Below, piece by piece: positions 25,671-34,177 of a stretch of 35,934 nt of DNA; position 1 is the stretch's first letter; every line of letters begins with the position of its first letter. This DNA is from a virus (taxonomy: Duplodnaviria > Caudoviricetes), in the IMG/VR virus record IMGVR_UViG_3300007764_000004, positions 1-35,934 of that record, one strand, 5' to 3'. The position numbers and the translations under genes were made by a program. The notes under the pieces were generated by a model, which had not been told where the DNA came from, searched no databases, and saw only the letters and a list, made by a program, of their open reading frames with translations.

Positions 25671-25927
25671 TACAGTTTTCTTTTTATTGCCATACATACG
25701 AAGCCGGCTTCGATCCCCATCTGGCCCCCTTCCAAAATGTAAACGACTTCCACAAATATAAGCCGACCCGAATATCGTTCTTCGACGGGGTCCCATTCCT
25801 GCAGTATCAAAATATCGCGGACCTGGAAGTCCCGATCGTTCTTCCGAACTTCGAAGGTTTTCTTACCTTTGTCGATCGCGTCGAAAAACGTCGGCCAACA
25901 CTTTAATTCGTGTATTTTTGGACTCAT
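25670..25927 (-). CDS. ASCH/PUA-like (DUF3850) protein
   Basis: IHELKCWPTFFDAIDKGKKTFEVRKNDRDFQVRDILILQEWD. Confidence 0.85.
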   Translation of the reverse strand: MSPKIHELKCWPTFFDAIDKGKKTFEVRKNDRDFQVRDILILQEWDPVEERYSGRLIFVEVVYILEGGQMGIEAGFVCMAIKRKL

Positions 25928-25935
25928 TCTTCCCC

Positions 25936-26496
25936 CTAATTTTTAAACATTTTAACTTCTGCCGTTTCCGAATTCGAATCTTCGGATTCCCAGTCGTTCG
26001 AAAATAAATCCCCCTGCATACCCTTTCGACGGGAAACGTAAAGTCGCAATTCTTCGGCCAGGGTCGCGACGTCGTCCAGCTCGCGTTCGTCCAGGGAATG
26101 TTTCATCTTTTCGACCGACGTAAACTGGACCCCCTTCTTATAGATCGCAGTTATTCCCGTGTTCTGCGACGTGTATTCGAACGATATAAACAGATCGTAA
26201 ATATCCGTCGTCCTGCGTTTAAACTCAATTCCGACGACGACGATCTGGGCCAGTTTGCCGGCCTTCGCTTCCCAGTCCATCCCCCGACAGACCAGGAATT
26301 TAAGTCGGGCCAGGGCTTCCCAGAAGTCTTCGTCCGGCTGCAGGTCCGCGATATTTATTTCCTTCGTATACTTTTCCGGCCAGGGGCCGACCATAGTCGG
26401 GGCCAGGAAGGTAACATGGAAGACGGAATCGTCCTGTTTCCATTCCCATTTAACGGTCTGGAATTGTTCGTAATTAATGATCGCGTGTTTTTTCAT
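25936..26496 (-). CDS. Hypothetical protein
   Basis: 186 aa, ATGA overlap with the TerL stop. Confidence 0.65.
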   Translation of the reverse strand: MKKHAIINYEQFQTVKWEWKQDDSVFHVTFLAPTMVGPWPEKYTKEINIADLQPDEDFWEALARLKFLVCRGMDWEAKAGKLAQIVVVGIEFKRRTTDIYDLFISFEYTSQNTGITAIYKKGVQFTSVEKMKHSLDERELDDVATLAEELRLYVSRRKGMQGDLFSNDWESEDSNSETAEVKMFKN

Positions 26497-27875
26497 CGTT
26501 TCCCTTTTTTTGTTGGTTCATTCAATGACCTATACCCATATTCATATCGGGGCCGGTCGCGTAAATGCTTTGCAGCCATTCCCAGGGACATAACCCCGTC
26601 GTCGGTTTCCCCTTCGGGGGCTTCGTATGTCGTCCCGGTTCGCTTAACTGTATATTCTATCGTTTGAAGTTCCGACTTTAATCGTTCGTCGAATATCTTA
26701 ATTCCCCCGCGTTGAATATCGACGGCCAGACCTTCCATTAATTTTTGTTTCGATCCGTTTATCCCCCCCGAGAAAATAAACCCTTCTGCGTCCAGGCAAA
26801 ATTCCTGTATCATTTCCAGGACTGCGTCCCCGACACCAGTCGAGTCGACCAGGGTCGGAACGTCCCCGCATATCTTCCCGACGATCTTCGCGACTTCGCG
26901 CCAGGGCTTCTTCTGGAATCGAACCGACGTCGTCTGGGTCCCCGTTTCGTCTAATCCGATTATCCAGGTCCAGTCCTGTTTTTTTGCAAGGTCGACGCCA
27001 TAAACAACCGCCGGCCGGTCCGAAGGTCCGTCGACCATTATTTCTTCGATAAACTTCATTCCGAAGGGGTTTCCCCCGTCGTCCGTCGCCTGGGCGAAGT
27101 ATAGTTCCAGAAAGACTTCCTGGGGTAAATCCTGTTCGGCCTGGGCCAGGACGTCGGGGTCCATTACCCCCCCTTCGATCGCGTCGTCTGCCGTTAATTT
27201 ATGATAAGCCCAGTCTTTTAATTTCTTCGACTGGGCTTTTCTGGCGATCTTAAAGGCCCAGTTTTTCGACCCCTTAACGTTCCCGATTAACTTCGCCCTT
27301 CCCCCCGTCGCGGATAAGGTCGTATAACATGCAGTCCAGGCCCCTTCTTTCCAGCGGGTTATTTCGTCCCCGACTAATGTATGGACGTCTTCCCCGAAAA
27401 GGTTATCCGGTTTTTCTGCCGTCTTAAACCAGATCGCAGCCCCCCCGACCCAGATAATTCGACGGGTTTCGTTCGACTTAAAGGGGATCGGTTCCCCGAC
27501 CCGTTTAAGTTTTCCCCTTTGTTGAATGAATCCGTTAAGTCGTTGCTTCGTCCGTCGATACGCGATATCGGCTGTATCGTGAGTAGTAGCGACCCACCAG
27601 GAATTCCCGAAGCCCCTTTCGATGGATTCTTCGATAATCCATTCGATATGCGACATAGTCTTCCCGGCCTTCGTCGTCGCTTCGCATATCGTGAAACGGG
27701 ACCCGTCGTCGACGATCGCGGCCTGTTTCGGATATAAGGGGACGCGTTCCCATTTGATCGGCGCCCGATCTTCTGGGCCGGCTTCGTCGGACTTACGCTT
27801 CCCCCTGGACTGTTTCGAAGGGACCCATCTGTCGATCCGTCGCTGTAAGGATTCTATTTTCCGAAGTCCGCGCAT
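26493..27875 (-). CDS. terL: Terminase large subunit
   Basis: YPKQ, Walker A-like ATTKAGKT, Walker B LVGDE, nuclease motifs GVDLA, DSTGVG and TDDGVMSL. Confidence 0.93.
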   Translation of the reverse strand: MRGLRKIESLQRRIDRWVPSKQSRGKRKSDEAGPEDRAPIKWERVPLYPKQAAIVDDGSRFTICEATTKAGKTMSHIEWIIEESIERGFGNSWWVATTHDTADIAYRRTKQRLNGFIQQRGKLKRVGEPIPFKSNETRRIIWVGGAAIWFKTAEKPDNLFGEDVHTLVGDEITRWKEGAWTACYTTLSATGGRAKLIGNVKGSKNWAFKIARKAQSKKLKDWAYHKLTADDAIEGGVMDPDVLAQAEQDLPQEVFLELYFAQATDDGGNPFGMKFIEEIMVDGPSDRPAVVYGVDLAKKQDWTWIIGLDETGTQTTSVRFQKKPWREVAKIVGKICGDVPTLVDSTGVGDAVLEMIQEFCLDAEGFIFSGGINGSKQKLMEGLAVDIQRGGIKIFDERLKSELQTIEYTVKRTGTTYEAPEGETDDGVMSLGMAAKHLRDRPRYEYGYRSLNEPTKKGKR

Positions 27876-28263
27876 TTAGTAAATCAATCGCCAGTTTATA
27901 GTCGAACAATACGGCCAGGGTCGCCCCGATCGCTTCCAGGGATTCCGGCTTCTTTTTGTCCAGTTCCTTACAGGCCGTCGCGACGGCTTCCAGGGCCCCT
28001 TCGATCGTCCTGGACAGTTTGTCCGGCCAGTCCGTTTTTTCGAATTGCGAAATCTTATAGGCGACAACTCCCGACAGTTCGGGGTCCTCGAGCGACCTGG
28101 ATCGATAACGCTGTATCGTCCGAACGGTCCTTCCGAATTTTTCCGATGCGGCTTCGTCCCCGTGGAATGCAGCATAAACCAGACATTCCGCAGCCAGATT
28201 TAAATCGATCCTGGGACGGTTCTTCGTCTTCGCCTGGTCGCGTGTTTTTTTCCTTTGTGCCAT
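27793..28263 (-). CDS. Putative terminase small subunit
   Basis: N-terminal HTH-like ASEKFGRTVRTIQRYR followed by helices; immediately upstream of TerL. Confidence 0.6.
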   Translation of the reverse strand: MAQRKKTRDQAKTKNRPRIDLNLAAECLVYAAFHGDEAASEKFGRTVRTIQRYRSRSLEDPELSGVVAYKISQFEKTDWPDKLSRTIEGALEAVATACKELDKKKPESLEAIGATLAVLFDYKLAIDLLNARTSENRILTATDRQMGPFETVQGEA

Positions 28264-28281
28264 ATCGCGTTCCTTTTCTGG

Positions 28282-28533
28282 TCAAAAAGGCCAGATAAGT
28301 TTTAAATCGTACATATCGAAAAGGGAAATCCCGAACCAACCGACCCCAAAACAACAGATCGCAAAAAGGGCGAACGACATAAGTCGAAGGACGACGGCTT
28401 CGTCCAGTCGGCCTTCCCGAAGAAGGCGTCGGGCTATTGAATAGACCCAGACGATATCGACGATCGACCAGGCGATTAAACCCAGGGACGAAACCCAGAA
28501 CCAGACCCAGGTCCATATTAATTCGGATTCCAT
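28282..28533 (-). CDS. Hypothetical two-TM membrane protein
   Basis: 83 aa, two hydrophobic segments; first gene of the leftward unit. Confidence 0.55.
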   Translation of the reverse strand: MESELIWTWVWFWVSSLGLIAWSIVDIVWVYSIARRLLREGRLDEAVVLRLMSFALFAICCFGVGWFGISLFDMYDLKLIWPF

Positions 28534-28641
28534 AGTCGTTTTAATGTATGTCAGAAAAAAAGTTTATCAATCTGGAACCTATAGATTCCAGGTCGTATAT
28601 TACCCTAGAACGCGACCTTAAAACCATTAACACGAAAACCC
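28534..28641. promoter_or_regulatory. Divergent control region between the late (left) and early (right) arms
   Basis: AT-rich non-coding gap at the strand switch; contains dyad CTGGAA-N8-TTCCAG (28572-28591) and CCTAGAACGCGACC (28604-28617). Confidence 0.65.
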
Positions 28642-29490
28642 ATGAAAGCACTTATCGACGTTACGACCCCCGAAGGAATCCAGAAAGTTATCACTTTAAT
28701 CGAAGGATACTTACATGTTATCTGGGCCGAATTCCTGGATTCGGGGATCGTCGATCCCCATAAATACGCTAACGAATATGTTGAGTTTTTCAACCTGACA
28801 GGGGAACACGATTTATACACGGGGGACCCCTTACCCATGTTTAACGACGTCCCCGTCGCTTATCGGATTATCCTGGACAGGATCGTCCTGGACATTATGG
28901 AACGGGGCTGGATCCCTGTCTTCGATACGAAGGACGGGACCGAACTGTCGACCCTTCTTTCCCCGAACCCCCCAACGAATCCCGACTGGCTGGATAAACA
29001 CTGTACGAACCGGCATTTAACGACCCAGATTTATCCCGATATTTTGGATAAGGTAAAGTCGGGGCAGATAAAGCGCTTCTTTTTATCCGAAGACGACTGG
29101 GAAATTATGGCCCTGGATAACGACGGCCAGGAATATAAGACCGATATTTTCTGGAACGTCGACGGGTCTTCGGACTGCAGGGACCATACACGTTTCGAAC
29201 CGAAGGAATTAACGCGGGAATCAGTCCTGGCCTTTTTCGAGAACGCCCCTTATCTGGAAGACGTCCTTCCCGAAGTCGGTTCCGGCCAGTCCAGGTTCGT
29301 TCGGATAAACGCCCGAATGGATATATATAATACCTGCGTCTTTCCTTCCTTCGATTACGACGTCGAAACGAAAACGGTCGAAGTCTGCATTTACGAAGAA
29401 GACGGACGGGAAAACCCGTTATTCGTGTCGGACGGCCCCTTCGATAAAGTTTCCGACGCCCTGTCGTTCGTTTTTAAAGAATGCAATTAA
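28642..29490 (+). CDS. Hypothetical protein
   Basis: 282 aa acidic ORF with genome-typical codon use. Confidence 0.75.
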   Translation: MKALIDVTTPEGIQKVITLIEGYLHVIWAEFLDSGIVDPHKYANEYVEFFNLTGEHDLYTGDPLPMFNDVPVAYRIILDRIVLDIMERGWIPVFDTKDGTELSTLLSPNPPTNPDWLDKHCTNRHLTTQIYPDILDKVKSGQIKRFFLSEDDWEIMALDNDGQEYKTDIFWNVDGSSDCRDHTRFEPKELTRESVLAFFENAPYLEDVLPEVGSGQSRFVRINARMDIYNTCVFPSFDYDVETKTVEVCIYEEDGRENPLFVSDGPFDKVSDALSFVFKECN

Positions 29491-29547
29491 GCCCCCCCGA
29501 TCGCGACCGATTTAATCGGGATCATTAACTTCAATTCACGCGAACCC

Positions 29548-30222
29548 ATGAAAAAAGAAACCTATTCGATTTCGCCTATTATGGCGAACTGTTCCCATAT
29601 CGGATTCCAGACGATTTCGGTCTTATGGATGGAACGCTTCCTTTCCGAAGCCCTGTCGATCTGGGCCGTTTTTACCCTTTCTATTCTCGAAAGATTTAAG
29701 GCCGTTTATTCGAAACGATCGGAATCGGTCGACGCCCTGCGATGGACCCAGTTTTTCGACTATTTAATCGAATGTAAAAAGGCCGGCATTTCCCCCGACG
29801 TCCTGGTCGATACGCATATTAAATGGATCCGTTACTGGACGCCAGAAGGCGTCGAACTGGCTTCGATATCTGTTCGGGACTGGAAGTCCAGGGGATCGAC
29901 TGCCCTGGATTTCGCGAAAGTCTGGGGGCTTAAACCCCTTAATATGTACTATGGCCCAGAAGACGGGATTGATAACGGGGACCCAGACCAGGACCTTTTC
30001 TGGCAGATCGCCCCGATCCCCGACGACTGCGACCGGAAGAAGGCCCAGACCGTCGTTTCTATCGCGTCGGATATAATGCTGGACCTTAAGTCCTGGGTCG
30101 ACCTGTCCGTCCTTTCTGGGAATGCTGCGTCGGCCCGTTCATATATCGAATGGGTCTTATCAGAAGGCCGGCTTCCCGCGAAATATCAACAGAACCCGAT
30201 TATAAAAAAAATACGTGGATAA
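29548..30222 (+). CDS. Hypothetical protein
   Basis: 224 aa ORF. Confidence 0.7.
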   Translation: MKKETYSISPIMANCSHIGFQTISVLWMERFLSEALSIWAVFTLSILERFKAVYSKRSESVDALRWTQFFDYLIECKKAGISPDVLVDTHIKWIRYWTPEGVELASISVRDWKSRGSTALDFAKVWGLKPLNMYYGPEDGIDNGDPDQDLFWQIAPIPDDCDRKKAQTVVSIASDIMLDLKSWVDLSVLSGNAASARSYIEWVLSEGRLPAKYQQNPIIKKIRG

Positions 30223-30580
30223 ATTCTTCGTCGGAATATTTAACACATACGACGCCCCAAAAGTCGAAAGGGCGTGCATAAGTATAAACAGATTAATTCG
30301 GAGAAATTCCCAGGGGTCGCCCCCCCCATCCCCGAAGGTTTCCTGGGTCCTGGATTCTGGGGCATTTACGCAGGTTACGAAATACGGGAAATTCAAAATC
30401 CCTGTTTATCGATATGCGTCCTTAATTCGTCGATACTGGGTCGCTGCAGAATCCGGACTTTATGGCCCTTCAAAGTTGGAATGGGCTGCATCACAAGATT
30501 ACATGTGTGAACCCTTCGCATTTCCTTTAAAGGGGGGAAGGGCGATATCCGATCGATGGAATCGACGATCCAACAGATAA
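30215..30580 (+). pseudogene. Truncated DpdA/TGT-like (deazaguanine DNA modification) gene
   Basis: WVLDSGAFT and WAASQDYMCEP resemble the N-terminal half of the TGT-like barrel; similarity ends ~30520 and the ORF stops at 121 aa. Confidence 0.62.
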
Positions 30581-30696
30581 CCCAGGACTGTTCGAATATC
30601 CTGGGGGTCGTCGTCGACGTCGTCGCGGACTTATCAATTAATCCAAACCAACGTCTTAAAATCATATGTAAAGCAACGCCAAAAAAAAATGAATAA
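30556..30696 (+). CDS. Small hypothetical protein or 3' remnant of a deleted gene (46 aa)
   Basis: MESTIQQITQDCSNILGVVVDVVADLSINPNQRLKIICKATPKKNE; stop overlaps the next start. Confidence 0.4.
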   Translation: MESTIQQITQDCSNILGVVVDVVADLSINPNQRLKIICKATPKKNE

Positions 30697-31123
30697 AAAC
30701 GAATCCCCCTTCGACTTCGTCCTGGACGATCTGCATAAGATCAACGTCCAGACGAAGTTCGACCAACATAACGAAATGGACGCGTTAATCGTTACTTTCA
30801 AGTCGAAGAACGAATCGCGATCGTATTTCGAAGATTCCCTGGACTGGATCTTCTGCGGACCCCAGTCGACGAAACATTTCGTCCAGGTCGACCCAGAAAA
30901 TCGCGTCCTTATTGCCGAAGTCGACGATCGGGGCTTCGCGGCCATATGGTTCCACGGGGACCAGGATTTCGGACCGATCGAAAAAGCTATCCATTTATTC
31001 CGCGTTATCCCGTCCGAAGAATCGATTTCGATTGTTTCGAAGGCGATGAAACGATATAAGGATTATTCCGATTTCGTAAAGATCGGCCTTTATCGACGGA
31101 CGGGCCCGACGCGTATAACTTGA
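30689..31123 (+). CDS. Hypothetical protein
   Basis: 144 aa ORF in operon. Confidence 0.7.
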   Translation: MNKNESPFDFVLDDLHKINVQTKFDQHNEMDALIVTFKSKNESRSYFEDSLDWIFCGPQSTKHFVQVDPENRVLIAEVDDRGFAAIWFHGDQDFGPIEKAIHLFRVIPSEESISIVSKAMKRYKDYSDFVKIGLYRRTGPTRIT

Positions 31124-31129
31124 GAACCC

Positions 31130-31501
31130 ATGAAAAAGAAACCTTTTAAAATCGAACTGTCCCTGGACGAATTTAGTCCAGACCGGATCGTCCCCGAAGG
31201 AATGATCCTTCCCGACGAACCGATCCCAGTAACCCTTAACTTCGACCAGGAAAGGGTCGTCGGAAGGGCCCAGGATTTCGACCTGGACGCAGAAGGCCGG
31301 CTTCGGGCCGACGTCGAACTGGTCCCAGAATTCGAAGCCCTGGATAATATGCCCGAAGGTATCTTTCGACTGTTTCCTAGTTATATCGTCCAGGAATGGG
31401 AAGAAGGCGTCGACCAGGAAGAAGGCGTCCGCATTATAACGAAGTCGCGAATCCTGGAAGTTTCGTTCTGTCCCGTCCCCCCTGCATCCCCTGGAACTTA
31501 A
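31130..31501 (+). CDS. Degenerate prohead-protease-like protein
   Basis: IPVTLNFDQERVVG...RIITKSRILEVSFCPVPPASP follows the HK97 protease pattern but has F at the His position and lacks SxG. Confidence 0.6.
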   Translation: MKKKPFKIELSLDEFSPDRIVPEGMILPDEPIPVTLNFDQERVVGRAQDFDLDAEGRLRADVELVPEFEALDNMPEGIFRLFPSYIVQEWEEGVDQEEGVRIITKSRILEVSFCPVPPASPGT

Positions 31502-31525
31502 GTATTCCAGGGAAGTCCTTACACT

Positions 31526-31789
31526 ATGAACGCGACCGAAAAAAGATTCTGCCCTTCCTGCGGGAACGGCTTCGACGCCCCTGTCGGGGTAAGGGGTCGA
31601 CCTCAGGTCTTTTGTTCGCCCCTTTGTAAAAAGATCGAACAGTTATTTTCCTGGATGGAAGACGAAATATCGAAGGAAGACTTCGACCCCGTCCATTCGA
31701 AAATAAAAGAAATAAGGCGTCGTCTTTTTTACCTGTCGAATCTACTGAACGCGAAATCCCATAACCAGAAAACGCGACCGAATGAATAA
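31526..31789 (+). CDS. Small Cys4 zinc-finger protein
   Basis: CPSCG...RGRPQVFCSPLCKK. Confidence 0.7.
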   Translation: MNATEKRFCPSCGNGFDAPVGVRGRPQVFCSPLCKKIEQLFSWMEDEISKEDFDPVHSKIKEIRRRLFYLSNLLNAKSHNQKTRPNE

Positions 31790-32489
31790 TCCTTATCTGG
31801 CGTTTATCGACTTTACGGTCGAATTACGTCGCCTTCGAATGAAGTCGGGTTTAAGCTACCCAGACCCGATCCAATACCCCCCAGAAGCATTTCCGAAACT
31901 GGAACGCGAACTCTTCGCCCTTTCCGATTCTGCTAAACAACACGGAATAACAGGGGGGTCGACGAAGAAGTTAACGAAGCCGATTCGACTGTCGGAAGGC
32001 TGGACGAACTTCGTTCTTAAGATCCAGGATCGACAGGCGAAGAAACCCAGGCGATCGGCCAGGGACGACGACGACTTCGCCCCCCCAGATATCGGCCCGT
32101 GGGAATTTACCTTCTTATTTGAAGAAGGGTTTTACGGCCTTCCCCAGATCCCCTTCCAGCGAATAGCCCTTCGGTATGGGATCGGACATTTACTTCGATT
32201 CGATTATCCCTGTTCGCGTTGCTTCGGTCGGGGACACTGGGTTTCCAGTAATCGCGGACGGACCCTTTATGGAATCGGGGTTAACCTTCTGGGGGATTCG
32301 TCGAAGCCCTGTTTTCGTTGCTTAGGATACAAGGTCGACCCCGAGTTCTGGGATAATCTACAGGCACAATATGGGGAATTTTACGACGACCCCGTCTGGA
32401 CCCTTCCTTCGGCTGCGAATAACGAATTTTACGAACATATGTCGGGGGCCAGTTACACGCCCCCCCGACGCGAACGAACAATCGAATAA
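31782..32489 (+). CDS. Hypothetical protein with a DnaJ-type CxxCxGxG zinc ribbon
   Basis: CSRCFGRG ... CFRCLGYK. Confidence 0.65.
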   Translation: MNNPYLAFIDFTVELRRLRMKSGLSYPDPIQYPPEAFPKLERELFALSDSAKQHGITGGSTKKLTKPIRLSEGWTNFVLKIQDRQAKKPRRSARDDDDFAPPDIGPWEFTFLFEEGFYGLPQIPFQRIALRYGIGHLLRFDYPCSRCFGRGHWVSSNRGRTLYGIGVNLLGDSSKPCFRCLGYKVDPEFWDNLQAQYGEFYDDPVWTLPSAANNEFYEHMSGASYTPPRRERTIE

Positions 32490-32491
32490 CC

Positions 32492-32677
32492 ATGAATCCA
32501 AAAGAACTTTATACCGAAATCGGCCAGGAAGCAATCCGAAACCTGGACCGTCCAGCGAATGCCGATTCCCTTCCAGGGGCCGGCGCGATCGGATCCCTTA
32601 TCCTTATCGTCGTCGTCCTGGTCGTCGTCGGGGGCCCCATATTTTTCGGCCTTCGACGTGCGATCCGAAGTCGTTAA
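32492..32677 (+). CDS. Small membrane protein
   Basis: One long hydrophobic stretch, basic C-terminus. Confidence 0.55.
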   Translation: MNPKELYTEIGQEAIRNLDRPANADSLPGAGAIGSLILIVVVLVVVGGPIFFGLRRAIRSR

Positions 32678-32717
32678 GGCCGGCGCCCGATTTTATTAAT
32701 CCTTAAAACCTGAAACG

Positions 32718-32990
32718 ATGCAATCGAAAAAACTGATTATCGGGGAAACGTTGGAACTGTCCCTGGACGACCTTCGGCCAGAATGCGAACAGATCGTCGA
32801 CAGGATCGGGTCCATTTCAGAAACGGCCCGTCTTCTGGGGGTTTCCAGGACTGCGGTTCGGGACGCCTTGAAAGACTGGGGACCCGATAAGCCCTTCCAA
32901 TATATCGACCTTAGAATCCGAATTCTGCAGGTCGAACAGGACGTCGCCCTGGCCGACGTCCATTTAATCTTCGAACATACTAACATTTAA
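32718..32990 (+). CDS. Helix-turn-helix DNA-binding protein (Cro-like)
   Basis: GSISETARLLGVSRTAVRDALK. Confidence 0.75.
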   Translation: MQSKKLIIGETLELSLDDLRPECEQIVDRIGSISETARLLGVSRTAVRDALKDWGPDKPFQYIDLRIRILQVEQDVALADVHLIFEHTNI

Positions 32991-33004
32991 AAAGAGAACG
33001 CGAA

Positions 33005-34072
33005 ATGAATACTATTAAACACGCCCTTAATACCCTGGTTAAAACGATCGCCTTATGGGTCGGTATCTTGCGCAGGTTTAACGGTCTGGCCGGCCAGATC
33101 GCATCCAACGACGTCCGGCTTAATATGCTGGAAGAAGCCCTGGGACAGTACACGCGACCCAGTAAATCGTCCGACCCGAAGGACGGGATCGCGTCGGTCC
33201 GGTTCTATCGGGTCGACCATTTGAACGCCCTTTGTAAATTCTTTGGAATCCAGGAAGACGATAATCCAGTCGACGGGGGTCCGGTTATTACTTCGTCCTG
33301 GATCCAGGATTATCGGGATTCTTCAAAAGTAATCAACAGGGGATTACATGGTCTTCGAACAGAAATCGATCGGATTAAATCGGTTTTCGAAATCAAACAG
33401 ACCCCAGACCTTAAGGGCGATTACGTTTCGGAAACCCTGGACAGGATTCGCGCTAATTATGCTGTCGTACTGGCCTTCTGCGAACAGTCGGCCCAGTATA
33501 TTCGGGAAATCGGTCGGTCCCTGGGTTACGACGACGAACGGCCAGAAGACGACAGGTTTAAACGGATTGCTGGCATATTCGAAAGACTGGCCCATCTGGA
33601 AAGGGAATGTAATACAGGGGGGGGATACACGGATAACGGGGGGGATTCCATCGCGACCAGGGTCGACAAATTAACAGGTTTTGCAGCGAATCAACGGGAA
33701 GACCTGTTAAGATTCGAATCGGCCCTGGGGGGTATAAGGCCCCGCGATAATTCCGAAGACCCTGGACCGGTCTGGGAATTCGAACAGGTCGAACGCTTAT
33801 GGGATACGGTTACTAAACTGGGGGCATGGAAGACCCGTGTTTCGAAGGGCCTGGATATCCGAACGACCCCCGAAGGGGCCCTGGTCGTTTTTAAGTTCGT
33901 CGAGCTCGCGAAGGAATTCGACGAATTTCGCGACGAAGTTAACAATTCGATCCTGTCTGTCCAGGTCGACGTCGAACAAATGAGAAAGGGGGAAGGGGAA
34001 GAAATGCCATATCTTCTTCGGAAATGGCTGGAAAAGATCGCGAAGGATATCGAAGCCCAGTCGACGGAATAA
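33005..34072 (+). CDS. Hypothetical coiled-coil protein
   Basis: 355 aa of alternating amphipathic helices and short linkers. Confidence 0.75.
   Translation: MNTIKHALNTLVKTIALWVGILRRFNGLAGQIASNDVRLNMLEEALGQYTRPSKSSDPKDGIASVRFYRVDHLNALCKFFGIQEDDNPVDGGPVITSSWIQDYRDSSKVINRGLHGLRTEIDRIKSVFEIKQTPDLKGDYVSETLDRIRANYAVVLAFCEQSAQYIREIGRSLGYDDERPEDDRFKRIAGIFERLAHLERECNTGGGYTDNGGDSIATRVDKLTGFAANQREDLLRFESALGGIRPRDNSEDPGPVWEFEQVERLWDTVTKLGAWKTRVSKGLDIRTTPEGALVVFKFVELAKEFDEFRDEVNNSILSVQVDVEQMRKGEGEEMPYLLRKWLEKIAKDIEAQSTE
33017..33031 (+). repeat. Dispersed 15-bp motif AAACACGCCCTTAAT, copy 4
   Basis: 21-bp identity of 33014-33034 with 834-854. Confidence 0.85.
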
Positions 34073-34177
34073 GTATCCAGGGGGGGAAGTCTTCGGTTTC
34101 GGTCTGCAGACTGGAACTGGATACTTTCCCCCTTTGTAATTATATTTCCTTTTTAAAAACTAGAACGCGACCGAATT

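Noticed and set aside
837-33031. KHALN as a peptide-level signal, or the 15-mer as a dif/lox site
   Set aside because: Synonymous positions are identical, pointing to DNA/RNA-level selection; the dyad arms are only 5-6 bp and no recombinase is encoded.
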